Shown piece after piece: positions 50,741-64,000 of a DNA stretch of 64,000 bases (the stretch's first letter is position 1; each line of letters starts with the position of its first letter). This stretch comes from the human T2T-CHM13v2.0 reference genome, Homo sapiens. The notes beneath the pieces were generated by a model, which saw nothing but the letters and a program-made list of their open reading frames with translations, had not been told where the DNA came from and made no database searches. Where the stretch lies: NCBI RefSeq assembly GCF_009914755.1, contig NC_060936.1, one strand, 5' to 3'. Made by a program: the position numbers and the translations under genes.

Positions 50741-52976
50741 ATGATACAATTTCCAACAGTGGAGACAAATCGTGCTGTATCTCTGCTACAGAATGGCTGT
50801 AGGGTTCTGTGGTTAGATGTGTACAGTGGTGCCAGACCGCTGGGGTCAAGTTCTCCCCATCCTTCTTGGGCAGGTTATGCCTTTCTATAAAATGGGGTGA
50901 TAATGGTACCTTGCTCATGGTGTGGATTAAATAGGGGATATGCACACAGCAGGTGCATAGCAACTGTGCTTTATCATTATTCAACTTGCTGAACTTCATG
51001 AATAGATCATGAGTCACTTTGGTGACATAGTCAAAGCACCAAAGCCAACTAGCCATTGGTCCTTGGAAATCTGAGAGAAGACACATCCTTTATAGCGTTT
51101 ACTTTATGGCCATTTCAACAGAAAGGAGCATCCTCACCCCCTCTAGATAAAAACCATCATTTCTAAGCATCCCATTTCTTCTAAGAAGTTGGCAATTACC
51201 AAAGTCAACCCACAACATCAGAAAGCAAGAAAGAGATGAAACCCTTCCCATGGAGGAAGCTGACCTGCACGTGTCTTACCAAGTTCTCCTGAGCCCCCAC
51301 TGTGGGTCCAGCTCAGCCCTAGCCACTGGGTTCCAGAGGTCAAAAACACATGTTTTTTGAGCTTGCATTCAGGTAAGGAATTGCAAATACACCTGCTTTT
51401 TCTCTGAGAATTGGAGATCTTGAGCACACACACTGCCTAAAACACAATCAAAGTGTGCCTCACATACATAGATTTGGATGAAGGATGACATCATACACAG
51501 TTCATGCTGAGTCCGATGACCGGTCCCTTCTGCCCTTTCGTGCATTTTACCCACACAGGGCTTGCTTTGGACAGGAGTAAATGTAGGTCCATGTTTCTGA
51601 ACTTGCTGAATTTGAAGCATAGGATAGAATCCAGTCCTTGATTGATGTTTTTATTTCTTCGACCGTCTGTTTCCACCCTGACTGGCCCTGAGGACACTGA
51701 ATCACCCTCTCCATGACACTTTTCACACCTCCCCAGAGGGGAGGAGGCTGTAACATGGGGCTCGTGCATGAAACCATCTCTAAACCATGACCCCATCAGT
51801 TTAAAACTATTAAAATTTATCAATTTTCATGAAATGTAAGCTACAAAATTGAATATATTGATGAACTTCTTAATATGTAAAAGTTCACTATACCTGGCTG
51901 CTTCATAAATTCCTTCTACTACCTCCAAGGCAGTAAGAGAAACAGCTTAGAGACTGGAAGTCCTTTGCCCAAATACAGCCCAGGAATCCAGCCCCCAAAT
52001 CCAGCCTCTTGGTCATCCACTCTCTGGTGCTGCCTTGCACGTGGTTTGCCACTTTAACTTCCTCCTAGCCGCTCGCCAGGCATCCCAGGATAACGCTGTG
52101 GCCTGGGTTCCGTGAGCACCTCTCCCACCCAAAACACTGGAGGGGCCTCTTCTCATTTTCGGTAGACTGCAAGTGTTAGCCGTCGGGACCAGCTTCTGTC
52201 TGGAAGTTCGTCAAATTGCAGTTAAGTCCAAGTATGCCACATAGCAGATAAGGGAATGTACAAGACACTCGGTGTCGTGATGGACAGTGATGGCTGTGAT
52301 GATGTCGTACGCTCAGCTGATCCTTCTCCCTGCTGAGAAGAGTTCAGCTGGATGCAGGGAGCCTTACATTACATATCAGGAAAAACTTTCAAAAAAAGAG
52401 ATGTGTTTCAACTGTGAGAGTTAAAATACTAAAGACTCGACCCAAGGACATTGAGTAACATTCTTTCCTGAAAATTTTAAGAGTCACTGGATAATGGTGA
52501 AGAAAGCCTGGACTGGAATGTCAGAGGTGCCTGAACTCAAGTCCGGTCACCAGCTGGGTCAACACAGGATAGCTACTTAATCACTCCTCATATCAGCCCC
52601 CACCTCTATAAAATGTGGACATTAATATTATCATGAAGGTTTATGGTGAGGAACCAAGAGAATGTAGCTAAAAATCCCAGAACATCATAATTGCTTAATA
52701 AATGGCAACTATAATGATTCACTCTTAATACCAAGAGAAATGCCTAGCTCTCTTTTGCTACTGCATTGTAGATGAACTGGATAACCATTTTGGTTAACTA
52801 TGAATTAAACAGGAATGATCAAACATATACACATACAAACCATGATTAGGAAGGAGCTGGACTCAGGTGACTCTTGGTAATTGCCTTGGGAATGTTAGAT
52901 GCTGGTTTGCAAGTCCCCAAACAGAACAACCTCCCATAGCTAAATACACTGGGGCATTAGGAAGATGGAGTGAGAT

Positions 52977-53444
52977 TCACAATGGCAAAGACATGGAATC
53001 AACCTAAATGCCCATCAACAGTAGACTGGATAGAGAAAACGCAGTGCATATACACCATGGAATACTATGCTGCCATAAAAAAGAATGAGGTCATGTCCTT
53101 GGCAGGAACATTAATGGAGCTGGAGGCCATTAACCTAAGCAAACTCATGCAGGAACAGAAAACCAAATACCACATGTTCTCATTTATAAGTGGGAGCTAA
53201 ATGATGAAAACTCATGGACACAAAGAGGGGAACAATAGACACCAGGGCCTACCTGAGGGTGAAGGGTAGGAGTAGGGAGAGGAACAGAAAAAATAACTAC
53301 TGGGTAGGGTACTATGCTTAGTCTCTGGGTGATGAAATAATCCGTACAATACCCTGTGACATCAGTTTACCTCTATAACAAACCCGTACACTAATCTCCA
53401 GAAAGAGGCCTAGCAACCTGAACCTAAAATAAAAGTTAAGCAAA
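52977..53444 (+). mobile_element. L1PA13/14 5'-truncated insertion
   Basis: Perfect 15-bp TSD AAGATGGAGTGAGAT at 52962-52976 and 53445-53459. Confidence 0.9.
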
Positions 53445-53812
53445 AAGATGGAGTGAGATCCACCTGCGCCACCAAGAAATGATCCATAGAACAAATCATT
53501 ACATAAGAAAATAAAAATCACAGACGATTGCTCTCTGTGGACACATTTACACAAATCCAAGTAAATGGAGAGGAAAAGGCGCAGGGGGGGATATGGATAA
53601 ACAGCAGGGTGTTGACCACCAGCCGCTTGGGAAGAAGACCTGCTGTGGGGATGGAAGGGAGAGAGCAGGGAGGCCTCCAGGGTTTATACCCTGCATATTG
53701 TTCACGTTTTTTACAATGAGCATTAATTCCTCTGTCACCTATGCAATATTTTTTACATGTTCAAAACAATTCCTAAAAATTATAATTTCAGAGTGTGGCA
53801 TGATAAAAAATG

Positions 53813-53958
53813 TAGTGAGGGATAAAACACTACAAATCAGATTCAGTGTATATTGCTTGGGTGATGGGTACAGCAAGATCTCACAAATCACTAAAGAACT
53901 TACTTGTATAACCAAATACCACCTGTTCCCCAATAACCTATAGAAATAAAAGTTTTTT
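53813..53958 (+). mobile_element. L1PB 3' fragment
   Basis: ATCTCACAAATCACTAAAGAACTTAC..ACCACCTGTTCCCCAATAACCTA. Confidence 0.8.
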
Positions 53959-53976
53959 AATGCAGAGCAAAATTAG

Positions 53977-54387
<411 letters not shown>

Positions 54388-54659
54388 TAATCTCCAGAAG
54401 TAGGCCTAACCACTGATGAGAATGCCAGTCCATAAGCTGTTACTGTTCTGGGGTGAAATTGTTACGTTTTAAATTTGCTATCTTGTCAATGTAGTATCTA
54501 TTTAAGGATAATTACTTACATGTTAAAATAAAAAATAGAAAAATTTAGATGCCCAGAGAATAAATTAATGCTTGTAAAACCAAAATAAACACAGACCTGA
54601 AGCATCCCAGGTAAGGTTATGTTCCCTTTGACCATTGCTGTTTCTTTAGCTCAGTTTTA

Positions 54660-55129
<470 letters not shown>

Positions 55130-56289
55130 TCAAGCAATAAAAGTCAGCTGATATTTATTATCTACTATAGCCAAGGCATGGAGTTGGGGTTTTATTTGCC
55201 TACTTTCAGTGAGAAAGATGAGCTAAATCGTTTTTATGGAAAATAAAAAGGAAACATTTAAAGTAACAACAACCAAAAGTATCCACCAATAGTCTCTGCA
55301 TCACTTGGGAAGCCGCTAGGGAGTGTGGGACACACGCTCAGCTAAACGGCAACAGAGAATCAAGCAACTGCTGGCTTTAGTGCCCTGCTACTCCTAAATA
55401 TGCTTCAATGTTTGCCTCTTTCACTGGTTAAAAGCACTGTTGTTGGTCTGACGGTCTTTGGTTTCTCTTCTCAGGGAATCTCAGACCGAGCACTTTCATT
55501 TCCTTCTCACCATGCAGGAAATGAGTAGACGTGACACTCCTGTTTTGGTAAGAATTGACACACAGCTACCCTCATCTGGTGAACGGACGAATTGGGGCTA
55601 AAGCTGAATGGCTGACATGTCAACAACCTGAAATAAAAACAAACCAGCCTTGTTTAAGAGTGAATTTGCTTTGTGCAAATTGTCAAAAAGAAAACACGGA
55701 AAAACCGTCTCCTGCAAAGAGGAAGAAAAGGGTTACGTTGTTGACAAAATCTGGGTTTCCTTGCAAATAATGGTCTGTTGCTTGTATGCCATCGTCACAT
55801 TTTGGATGGCAGATTGTTTAAGAAATTAAAAAAATAAATAAATAAATTATCTAGTTAGCAAAAGGTCTGGAGCACAGAGGCTGGTCATTTACCCCAGGGC
55901 CAGGAAGATGAAAGCACGTTCACCCGCCATTTGCGGCTGCCCTAGCGCGTTAGTACCATCTCCCCGTGCCCACAGATATCCACACACAGCAACTCTCAGG
56001 GGACAAATGCGAAGCCATGTGATTTTCCCCCTGCTATGTTAAAAATGCATTCCTATTTTTTCAAGCATGCTTCGATTAAAGAGGGCACATCTGTTTTAAG
56101 TCCCCTTTTATGAAAATTACTGAGCTTCCTCGGCGTGCTTATCTTTTAATTTCGAAATTCTTTGTAGCAATCACTTGGGATAATAACCAGCCATATTTCT
56201 GGCCCCTTTAAAAAATAAAGGGGAGGGTGGGGAGGAAAAAAGAAAGAACGAACAAGCCATTTTAGAGCTTTGAACTCCCTGTTCTAATC

Positions 56290-56720
56290 CTCCCGCTTTG
56301 GGCCTGGGTGGAAAGGGTCCCCCTTCGTTTGCGTTTAGAATGGCTGAGCCCCGCGCGCACTGCCTCAGCCTGGCCTGCCAGCCCCCGAGCCTGGGCCCAG
56401 CTTGACGCTGCAGCGCTATTCATCGACTCCCCGGCAGGGGGAGCCGCTGCGCACCGCCACCGCCAGGAAGCAAAGCGCTCAGCTTCCTTTTAAGGCCTCT
56501 TCATCCCCCCACCCCCAAACACTTTTCACAGAGTTTCTCACCCCTTTCTTCCCTCTGGAGGGGCTCCCTGAACGGACACCACCCTGGATGGCTTTTTCCT
56601 AGGCAGACCTCCCACCCCCGGCGTTTTTGTTTCGAATAGCACCTAACGGGCGGGGTTGCATTTACCATCTGTGTTTCGAATAGCACCTAACGGGCGGGGT
56701 TGCATTTACCATCTGTCTTT
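56290..56720. promoter_or_regulatory. Small non-repeat CpG-rich element (candidate promoter/enhancer) with CTCF-like and GC-box motifs
   Basis: About 16 CpG in 56290-56480 by eye; CCGGCAGGGGGAGC at 56431-56444; two GGGCGGGG. Confidence 0.55.
56628..56715. repeat. Perfect 2 x 44-bp tandem duplication
   Basis: TGTTTCGAATAGCACCTAACGGGCGGGGTTGCATTTACCATCTG twice. Confidence 0.97.
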
Positions 56721-57928
56721 CTGCTGTTTTAAACCCTTGTTTAAGGCTCAGGCTGTTCAGAGACGTAATCCGGGGCTTGAGCAAAGAGTGAAAAGTTGAG
56801 ATTCCTTCTCTGGACTTCCTGCACCGATTTTTTCCTTGTTTCCTCCAAGCGTTGGTGAGATGAGAGATGGGCTGTAAGGTGGGGAATGGAACACACGCTT
56901 AAGTGTCTGGAAACCGTGTGATTCTTGGGGATGGCCACATAGCTGGAGAACCGTGGAGTCGTCGTGCCTCCTGGGCCACACCCGCCACCTGGCTTCAGTT
57001 GGCTGATCAGCAGCAAGAGGCAGAGCTTAACAGTTCTGTTTTCCTCCCCGTGAAATAAGGATAACGACAATTTCAGCTGAGTCTTTATAATCATCTGAAG
57101 AAAGGGATCCCTAGATGTCCAAGACGATTTACTGTGTGCTATGTTTAGAGGCTAAAGATAAAATAAGAAGAAACGTGAGGTAACTGGTCTCTTCTCGTCG
57201 ACGCACTTAGGAAGCCCAAATACTTTCATCCTGAAAGCGTGCAATCCCCTGCCACATTCATGTCTGCAACACTGACTTGGAAATTCCCTGAATAAATAAG
57301 CGCATACGGCAGGAGATGCTAATCCAATTTAGAAAAGTTCTGCGGAGCTTGATTTTTCCCTCCCACTGGACAATGCCGGGGTCTTTCCATCTTTATCTTG
57401 GCAAATGGGGTCAGGAGAAGAGTGAAAGGTAAAAGTATTAGTTCTGCTTTAGTTCACAGCGCTGACGATCAGTATTCAAATGGGACTGGTGGTGACATGT
57501 GGCTTTCAGTCACAGCACACGCTCTCCCTCACCGTGGAAGATTGGTCGTTGAATGTATTTACTATTTAAAAAATGACCTGAATCAACAAAATCTTGCTCA
57601 CCATCCATACGTACTTATTGTGTATCTACTGCCTACAGGAAGCCTCCAGGCCAGGCACTCAAGAGCAACGCCCATCAATAGAAAGATGTTTCCTGGAGTT
57701 AAGATCCTAATCAAGTTGGGGAGACGAGGTCTATAAGAAGAAAAGAATATTAATCGTTAAATGTCAAAGAGTTGCAGCAGCATTTATTCAGAAATTAAAC
57801 AGCAAAATTATTCTTCATGCTAGGAATATAATTCCTAAGACAAGCAAAGTCTCTGCCATAGCGAAGGCTACCTGGGAGGAGATGGAGGACAGAAAGCAAA
57901 CACGCAAACAAATAAAAATGTAATTTCA

Positions 57929-58247
<319 letters not shown>

Positions 58248-58888
58248 TCAGACAGTGACATGAGCTATGGAGCAAACAGAGCAATGAGGTGGGAGGGGCG
58301 GGTGGGGGTGATATGGCAGCACCTCTGGGAAGATGGCACTGAAGCCCCAGGGAGGATGGCTGAGGCTGGGAATAGGCTGGAAGAGGGCTGAGGGTGAGGC
58401 TGGAGAGAGGCAGGGCTACATCATCCAGCGTGGAGTTTCCCATGTCTGACGGGCATGGGAGTCAAAATGCAGATTCTGGTTCCAAAAGTGCGTGCACGGG
58501 TTGGGGGATGAGATTCTGCATTTGGAACAAGGTGACGGGGCTGCCACACTTTCAACCATGCCTAGAGTAGCAAGGGCCAGAGATTTGGTTTTTGACCTCA
58601 GCCTCGCTAGAGTCACCTAGAGAACTTTTACCAATCTCAGATGCTGGGGCCCCTTCCTGGTGGTTCTAATGAACATCAAAGGTTGAGAACTACTGATTTA
58701 GCATCTTGGCCATGGTAAATGATAAGGTTCTTATTGTCTCACCCATTGGGAGGGGCTAAGAGCCACCAATCGGCCTTCAGAGGAGGCTTTCCAGGGTAGA
58801 CCAGGGCTTGAGCCAGACTTCGGTGCACATCAAGCTCAAAGAGATAGAGGTTCAAAGAGATCCATTAGAGATGGATAAAAGGCATAAG

Positions 58889-59122
58889 CCAGGTTTCTCA
58901 ACATTTTGCACCATTCTAACATTTTGCATCATAATTCTTTGCTGTGGGGGGGCTCCTGTGTGCTGTGGGGGCACTCCTGTATTCTGTGGCATGCTATGAG
59001 CAAACCTGGTCTCTACCCATGAGATGCCCGTGGAACCCTCCCAAGATGTAACAGCCAGTAATATCTCCGGATATTGCCAGTTGTCCCTGGGAAAAGAAAT
59101 GGACCCCAGTGGAGAACCACTG
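58889..59122 (-). mobile_element. MER20
   Basis: CAGGTTTCTCAAC..ATAATTCTTTGCTGTGGGG..GGAGAACCACTG. Confidence 0.85.
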
Positions 59123-59332
59123 ACATAAACAAAGATGAAAAACCAGAAAAGTCAAAGATCCATGCATTATCTGAATGACATTCACTCCACATCTGTGGTT
59201 TACCATCCTGGACTCCGGCGGGCTTTGGAGACAGGTCTCCCTCTCTGAAGGCAGAGAAAACACAGGCTTGGGGTGCCAACAAATGCATACATTTATTTGA
59301 AAAGAAAAAATTTGACATTGAAAAAAGGCACC

Positions 59333-59743
59333 TGATATAGTTTGGCTGTGTCCCCACCCAAATCTCATTCTGAATTGTAGCTCCCACAATTCCCACATAT
59401 CATGGGAGGAACCCAGCAGGAGGTAATTGAGTCATGGGGGCGGGTCTTTCCCATGCTGTTCTTGTGACAGTGAACAAGTCTCACGAGATCTGATGGTTTT
59501 GAAAACTGGAGTTTCCCCGCACAAGCTCTCTCTTTTGGTTTTGAACACTGGAGTTTCCCCGCACAAGCTCTCTCTTTGCCTGCCACTGTCCACGTAAGAC
59601 ATGACTTGCCCCTCCTTGCCTTCCGCCATGATTGTGAGGCCTCCCCAGCCACGTGGAACTATAAGTCCATTAAATATTTTTCTTTGGTAAATTGCCCAGT
59701 CTCAAGTATGTCCTTATCAGCAGCATGAAAACAGATGAGTACA
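59333..59743 (+). mobile_element. THE1B MaLR solo LTR with a 42-bp internal duplication
   Basis: TGATATAGTTTGGCTGTGTCCCCACCCAAATCTC...GAGTACA; TSD GCACC. Confidence 0.93.
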
Positions 59744-60030
59744 GCACCCAAGTAGACACCACTGGGAGAATCAGAATTCTGTTAGTCTTCCTCATTTTAA
59801 GTTTTAATATTTACTTTATTTAAAAGACTGGGCTGCTAATACAAGCAACAATGTGTATGAACCTAGCAGGCAGTCCTGGAGAAGACTCAAAGGAGCACAG
59901 AGTATTCGATTCCACCTATGTGACATTGGAGAACAGGCAAAACGAACTCAGGGTCTCGGGGTCGGATTTGTGATTCCCCTGCGGGGTGGGCTCAGGGGAG
60001 ACTTCTGGATGCTGGAAATGTCCTATATCT

Positions 60031-61050
<1,020 letters not shown>

Positions 61051-61389
61051 TTACAGAGCATAGAGGTTCTAAAGCGATGTCTGCCTAGGACCCAGGGCAT
61101 ACCTGGTTTCTTTCTGGCTGGATGATAAGATCTATATTGCAGTATTGTAAGCTGGGTACGAATCTTGGTGGAGGAGCCTAATGAGGAAAAGGCCACTGTC
61201 AAGACAGGGAGGAGCATCCAATCCTTGAAGGGTCTGCTCTTCTGCTGCTGGGAGAGTACAGTGCCCTCTTCCGGCAGCCAGGGTGTGTGTCCTCCATATG
61301 CTCTTCAGACAGGCCCAATGGAGATGTATCATCGTGTCCCCTCCCAGAGACAGAGCCGCCGACAGCTCCAATTAGGCTCCTGGCAGCAA

Positions 61390-61560
61390 AAGACCAAGAA
61401 GGATTGATGGATGACTGGACGGATGGGGAGATGAGAGGCTGGGAGGAAGCAGGCCAAGCGGAATGCCAGGTGCACAGTCTCAGTGTGGGCATTACGAGTT
61501 CTCTCTACAGTTCTTTCCATTTTTCTGTATGGTTGAAAGTTTTTATAATATAATGTAGGG
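61390..61560 (+). mobile_element. L1ME 3' fragment
   Basis: CTTTCCATTTTTCTGTATGGTTGAAAGTTTTTATAAT. Confidence 0.6.
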
Positions 61561-62513
61561 AGGGAAATCAGCCTTCTTTTCTGTTTCTGCTGAGCTAAAA
61601 CACCATGAGGGCTTACTAATAGAACACATTTTACTGGAAGCTCTGTTACCATTTGTAACCATCACCACGCATTACATCCTTGTTCACAATGAGGTTATCG
61701 TTGAGGAATGTCGTCTAAGAGAAAATACTCAGATGCTTTTCTGGAGGTAAATGTTTTTAAATGTTGGGATGATTTGTCAAGAAAAGACTTTTCGTATCTA
61801 CCCTCGGATAATATGTAGAATTCCTTATAAGCGTCAGATGTCTAGAAACATTCCCCAGCATCTCCTTTCTAAAGAGTGCCCAATTAAGGATGGGACGAAG
61901 GACTTTTTTCTTTTCTTGTACAACTTTGTTATAATAGCTGAGTGAGAACGAGAGCTCTGTGCTGGAGCTGCTGGGAGCATGTGAGGTCACCGGGGAGAGC
62001 AGAGCCAGTCATCGGCTGCCCTCAGGTGTTGGGAGCCTGGTCCTCCTGGGAGAGGGATTTAACAAAGGAACGCATTTCAAAGTAGACACTGTGTTTTCCA
62101 TCCTTTTTCTGAAGTGTTTTCAAACACACTCCCAGCTAAAAAGTCTTAGAAGTGAGAAAAGGAGGCATATATCAGACAACCCCCGAAGCAGCTGACAATC
62201 CGGAGAGCAAAAGATAGGGTCAGATTGGAGATGCTGGAGTCCGTGTACATTCTCGCCATAGGAGGGCTTGATTTATTTTTGCCCCACCCACTGGGTCTCA
62301 ACTTTGAAATGCTCAGTACAAAAGAATTGGACTAATGCCCTACTTGCATGCATTCTCTCCTAAAATGTGACGTGTCTGATTTCAATCCACTTTAACCCAG
62401 TGTGCTGCGTCTTTGTTGTCAAAGGGTGTTGCATCTGCTTAAACTCACACATCTCGAAGGTTGCTGTGAAGGTAAACAGAAAGCAACGTAAGGCACGGAT
62501 GTTGATTCATGTG

Positions 62514-62516
<3 letters not shown>

Positions 62517-62546
<30 letters not shown>
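62517..62546. repeat. (TG)15 microsatellite
   Basis: Seen directly. Confidence 0.95.
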
Positions 62547-62549
<3 letters not shown>

Positions 62550-63712
62550 AATTTGTACAGCAGTACCTGCATCTCTATCCAAAGAAATCAAATCAAACAT
62601 TAAGTGCAATTTCCCCCGACCTTTTCTCGCCTTTGTCTCTCTCCCTGGAAATAACAGTTGGGTATGAATCCTCTAGGGTGGATATTAAGAGAAATTAGTG
62701 AAATTGGATTTTGTGCCCATAAATACGACCATTCTTTTAAACGTTCGCGAGGCTAGTGTATTGAATAGCATTCAAATTAAGTTTTTGTATGAAAATACCT
62801 CTTGTTTATGATCGGTCACAGGAGTCTTGAGCCCTCAAGGAAGGCACAGAGGAGAGCTAGCGTATTTCAGTCTGCGTGGCCTTTGCTTGCTTGTACTTTT
62901 GTGGATCAGTTAATTTTTTATACAAGTGAAATATAGTTAACATTTCGTTTTCATTTTAAACATTTGTTAATTATAGACACAATTTACATGGTCTATATAA
63001 TATAGATTACCTATAGTATATGTTTATATATGCACACACATATATGAATATATATAATGTTCTGGCTAAAATCTGACTATGTGCTTTAAGAATTTCATGG
63101 TAACATTAAAGATTATTTGTGATTACTAGTATTATCAAGTATTACAATATTCTCTATTAATTACTGGTATTATCGAGAAAACTATAACCTAAAATATTCA
63201 GATTTAAGAATTTCTGATTATCAGTGCTGCTAAGGTGTGGCAATTTTTTGCAACAAGACAGTCTAAAATTCGTATTTTGAAAAAGCTGAAAGAATATTCC
63301 CCCAGTGATAAACTTTTTGCATAAGCAAGATATAAATTTGTAGGACTGGTATAACTGGTTGGTGATTAGAATTTGCCAGAGCACTCTGGCCCCACACGCC
63401 TGCCTGTCTCCCCAGAATAATTAGAGTAGAGACTGGGGCCAGACTGACTCATCACCTGAACTTTCCACCAAGTACCGGAGGTATCCACCCCAGAATGTTA
63501 CTCATATGTGCTGAGATGTTATTTCTGGAAGATCCCTATTAGAGAACACAGATGTTCACGTAAGCCACAGTAACATATAAAGCCATTATCACCCATTCTC
63601 CCTCCTGCTGTCCAGAACAAAATAAAAATTATAGTTTTGACTCTTAGAGAGTGTTTGGATTAGATTGTAGGCAAGGCTACGGAGGACAAACTGGAATGGG
63701 CTGCCATGGATC

Positions 63713-63718
<6 letters not shown>

Positions 63719-63761
<43 letters not shown>
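63719..63761. repeat. (TG)21 microsatellite
   Basis: Seen directly. Confidence 0.95.
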
Positions 63762-63765
<4 letters not shown>

Positions 63766-64000
63766 TTTAAAAATCTATTTCTATATGTATCTTCACATAG
63801 ATAGTTCCTCAACCTCTTATCCAAACTCCCTAGGTCCAGATGTGTTTTGAAATTTGGGCAGTGTCTTATAATAACAGTCAGATTTCTGTAGTGAAATTAT
63901 GTATGTTCACACTGTGTCATCGTAATAAGGCTATAAATAGCCTCATTTCTTATTGCAAAGTGTAAGGTTTCCAGAGCTGTTGGATGTAGGCCAAGAAAGA

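Noticed and set aside
52970-53200. ORF resembling L1 ORF2p C-terminus
   Set aside because: Short remnant of a truncated L1PA; not a gene
59640-59652. PRDM9 hotspot motif in THE1B
   Set aside because: Reads CCTCCCCAGCCAC, with C rather than the T of CCTCCCTNNCCAC at position 7; the common non-hot form

Overview
Primate (human or close ape) non-coding DNA, intergenic or intronic. No protein-coding gene, RNA gene, processed pseudogene or CRISPR array can be supported; the listed ORFs are repeat- or low-complexity artefacts. A large part of the window is transposon-derived: AluJ/S, L1PA13-16, L1PB, L1MA, L1MC, L1ME, L2, L3, MIR, solo LTRs (LTR12C, THE1B, THE1D, MSTB, MLT1, MER57, MER66, another ERV1-type LTR) and DNA transposons (MER1B, MER20, MER63, MER82). 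Subfamily names come from my recall of consensus sequences, not from a RepeatMasker run, and I cannot name the locus. I found no new coding system. The notable signals are structural and regulatory. (1) A 2-kb piece of an OLDER L1MC sits inside a YOUNGER L1PA15/16 between perfect 15-bp direct repeats. (2) About 285 bp of local DNA was copied in inverted orientation into a MER1B, forming a long inverted repeat around a THE1B. (3) An L2 carries an internal inversion, and 45-bp direct repeats bracket a 610-bp segment. (4) An L1MA carries a multi-hairpin repair scar. (5) Several short head-to-tail duplications double transcription-factor motifs (SP/KLF+MYB+E-box beside a CpG-rich element, NF-kB in THE1B, RFX in MER66). 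(6) An intact CpG-rich LTR12C promoter and a few canonical-looking non-coding exons hint at lncRNA transcription.
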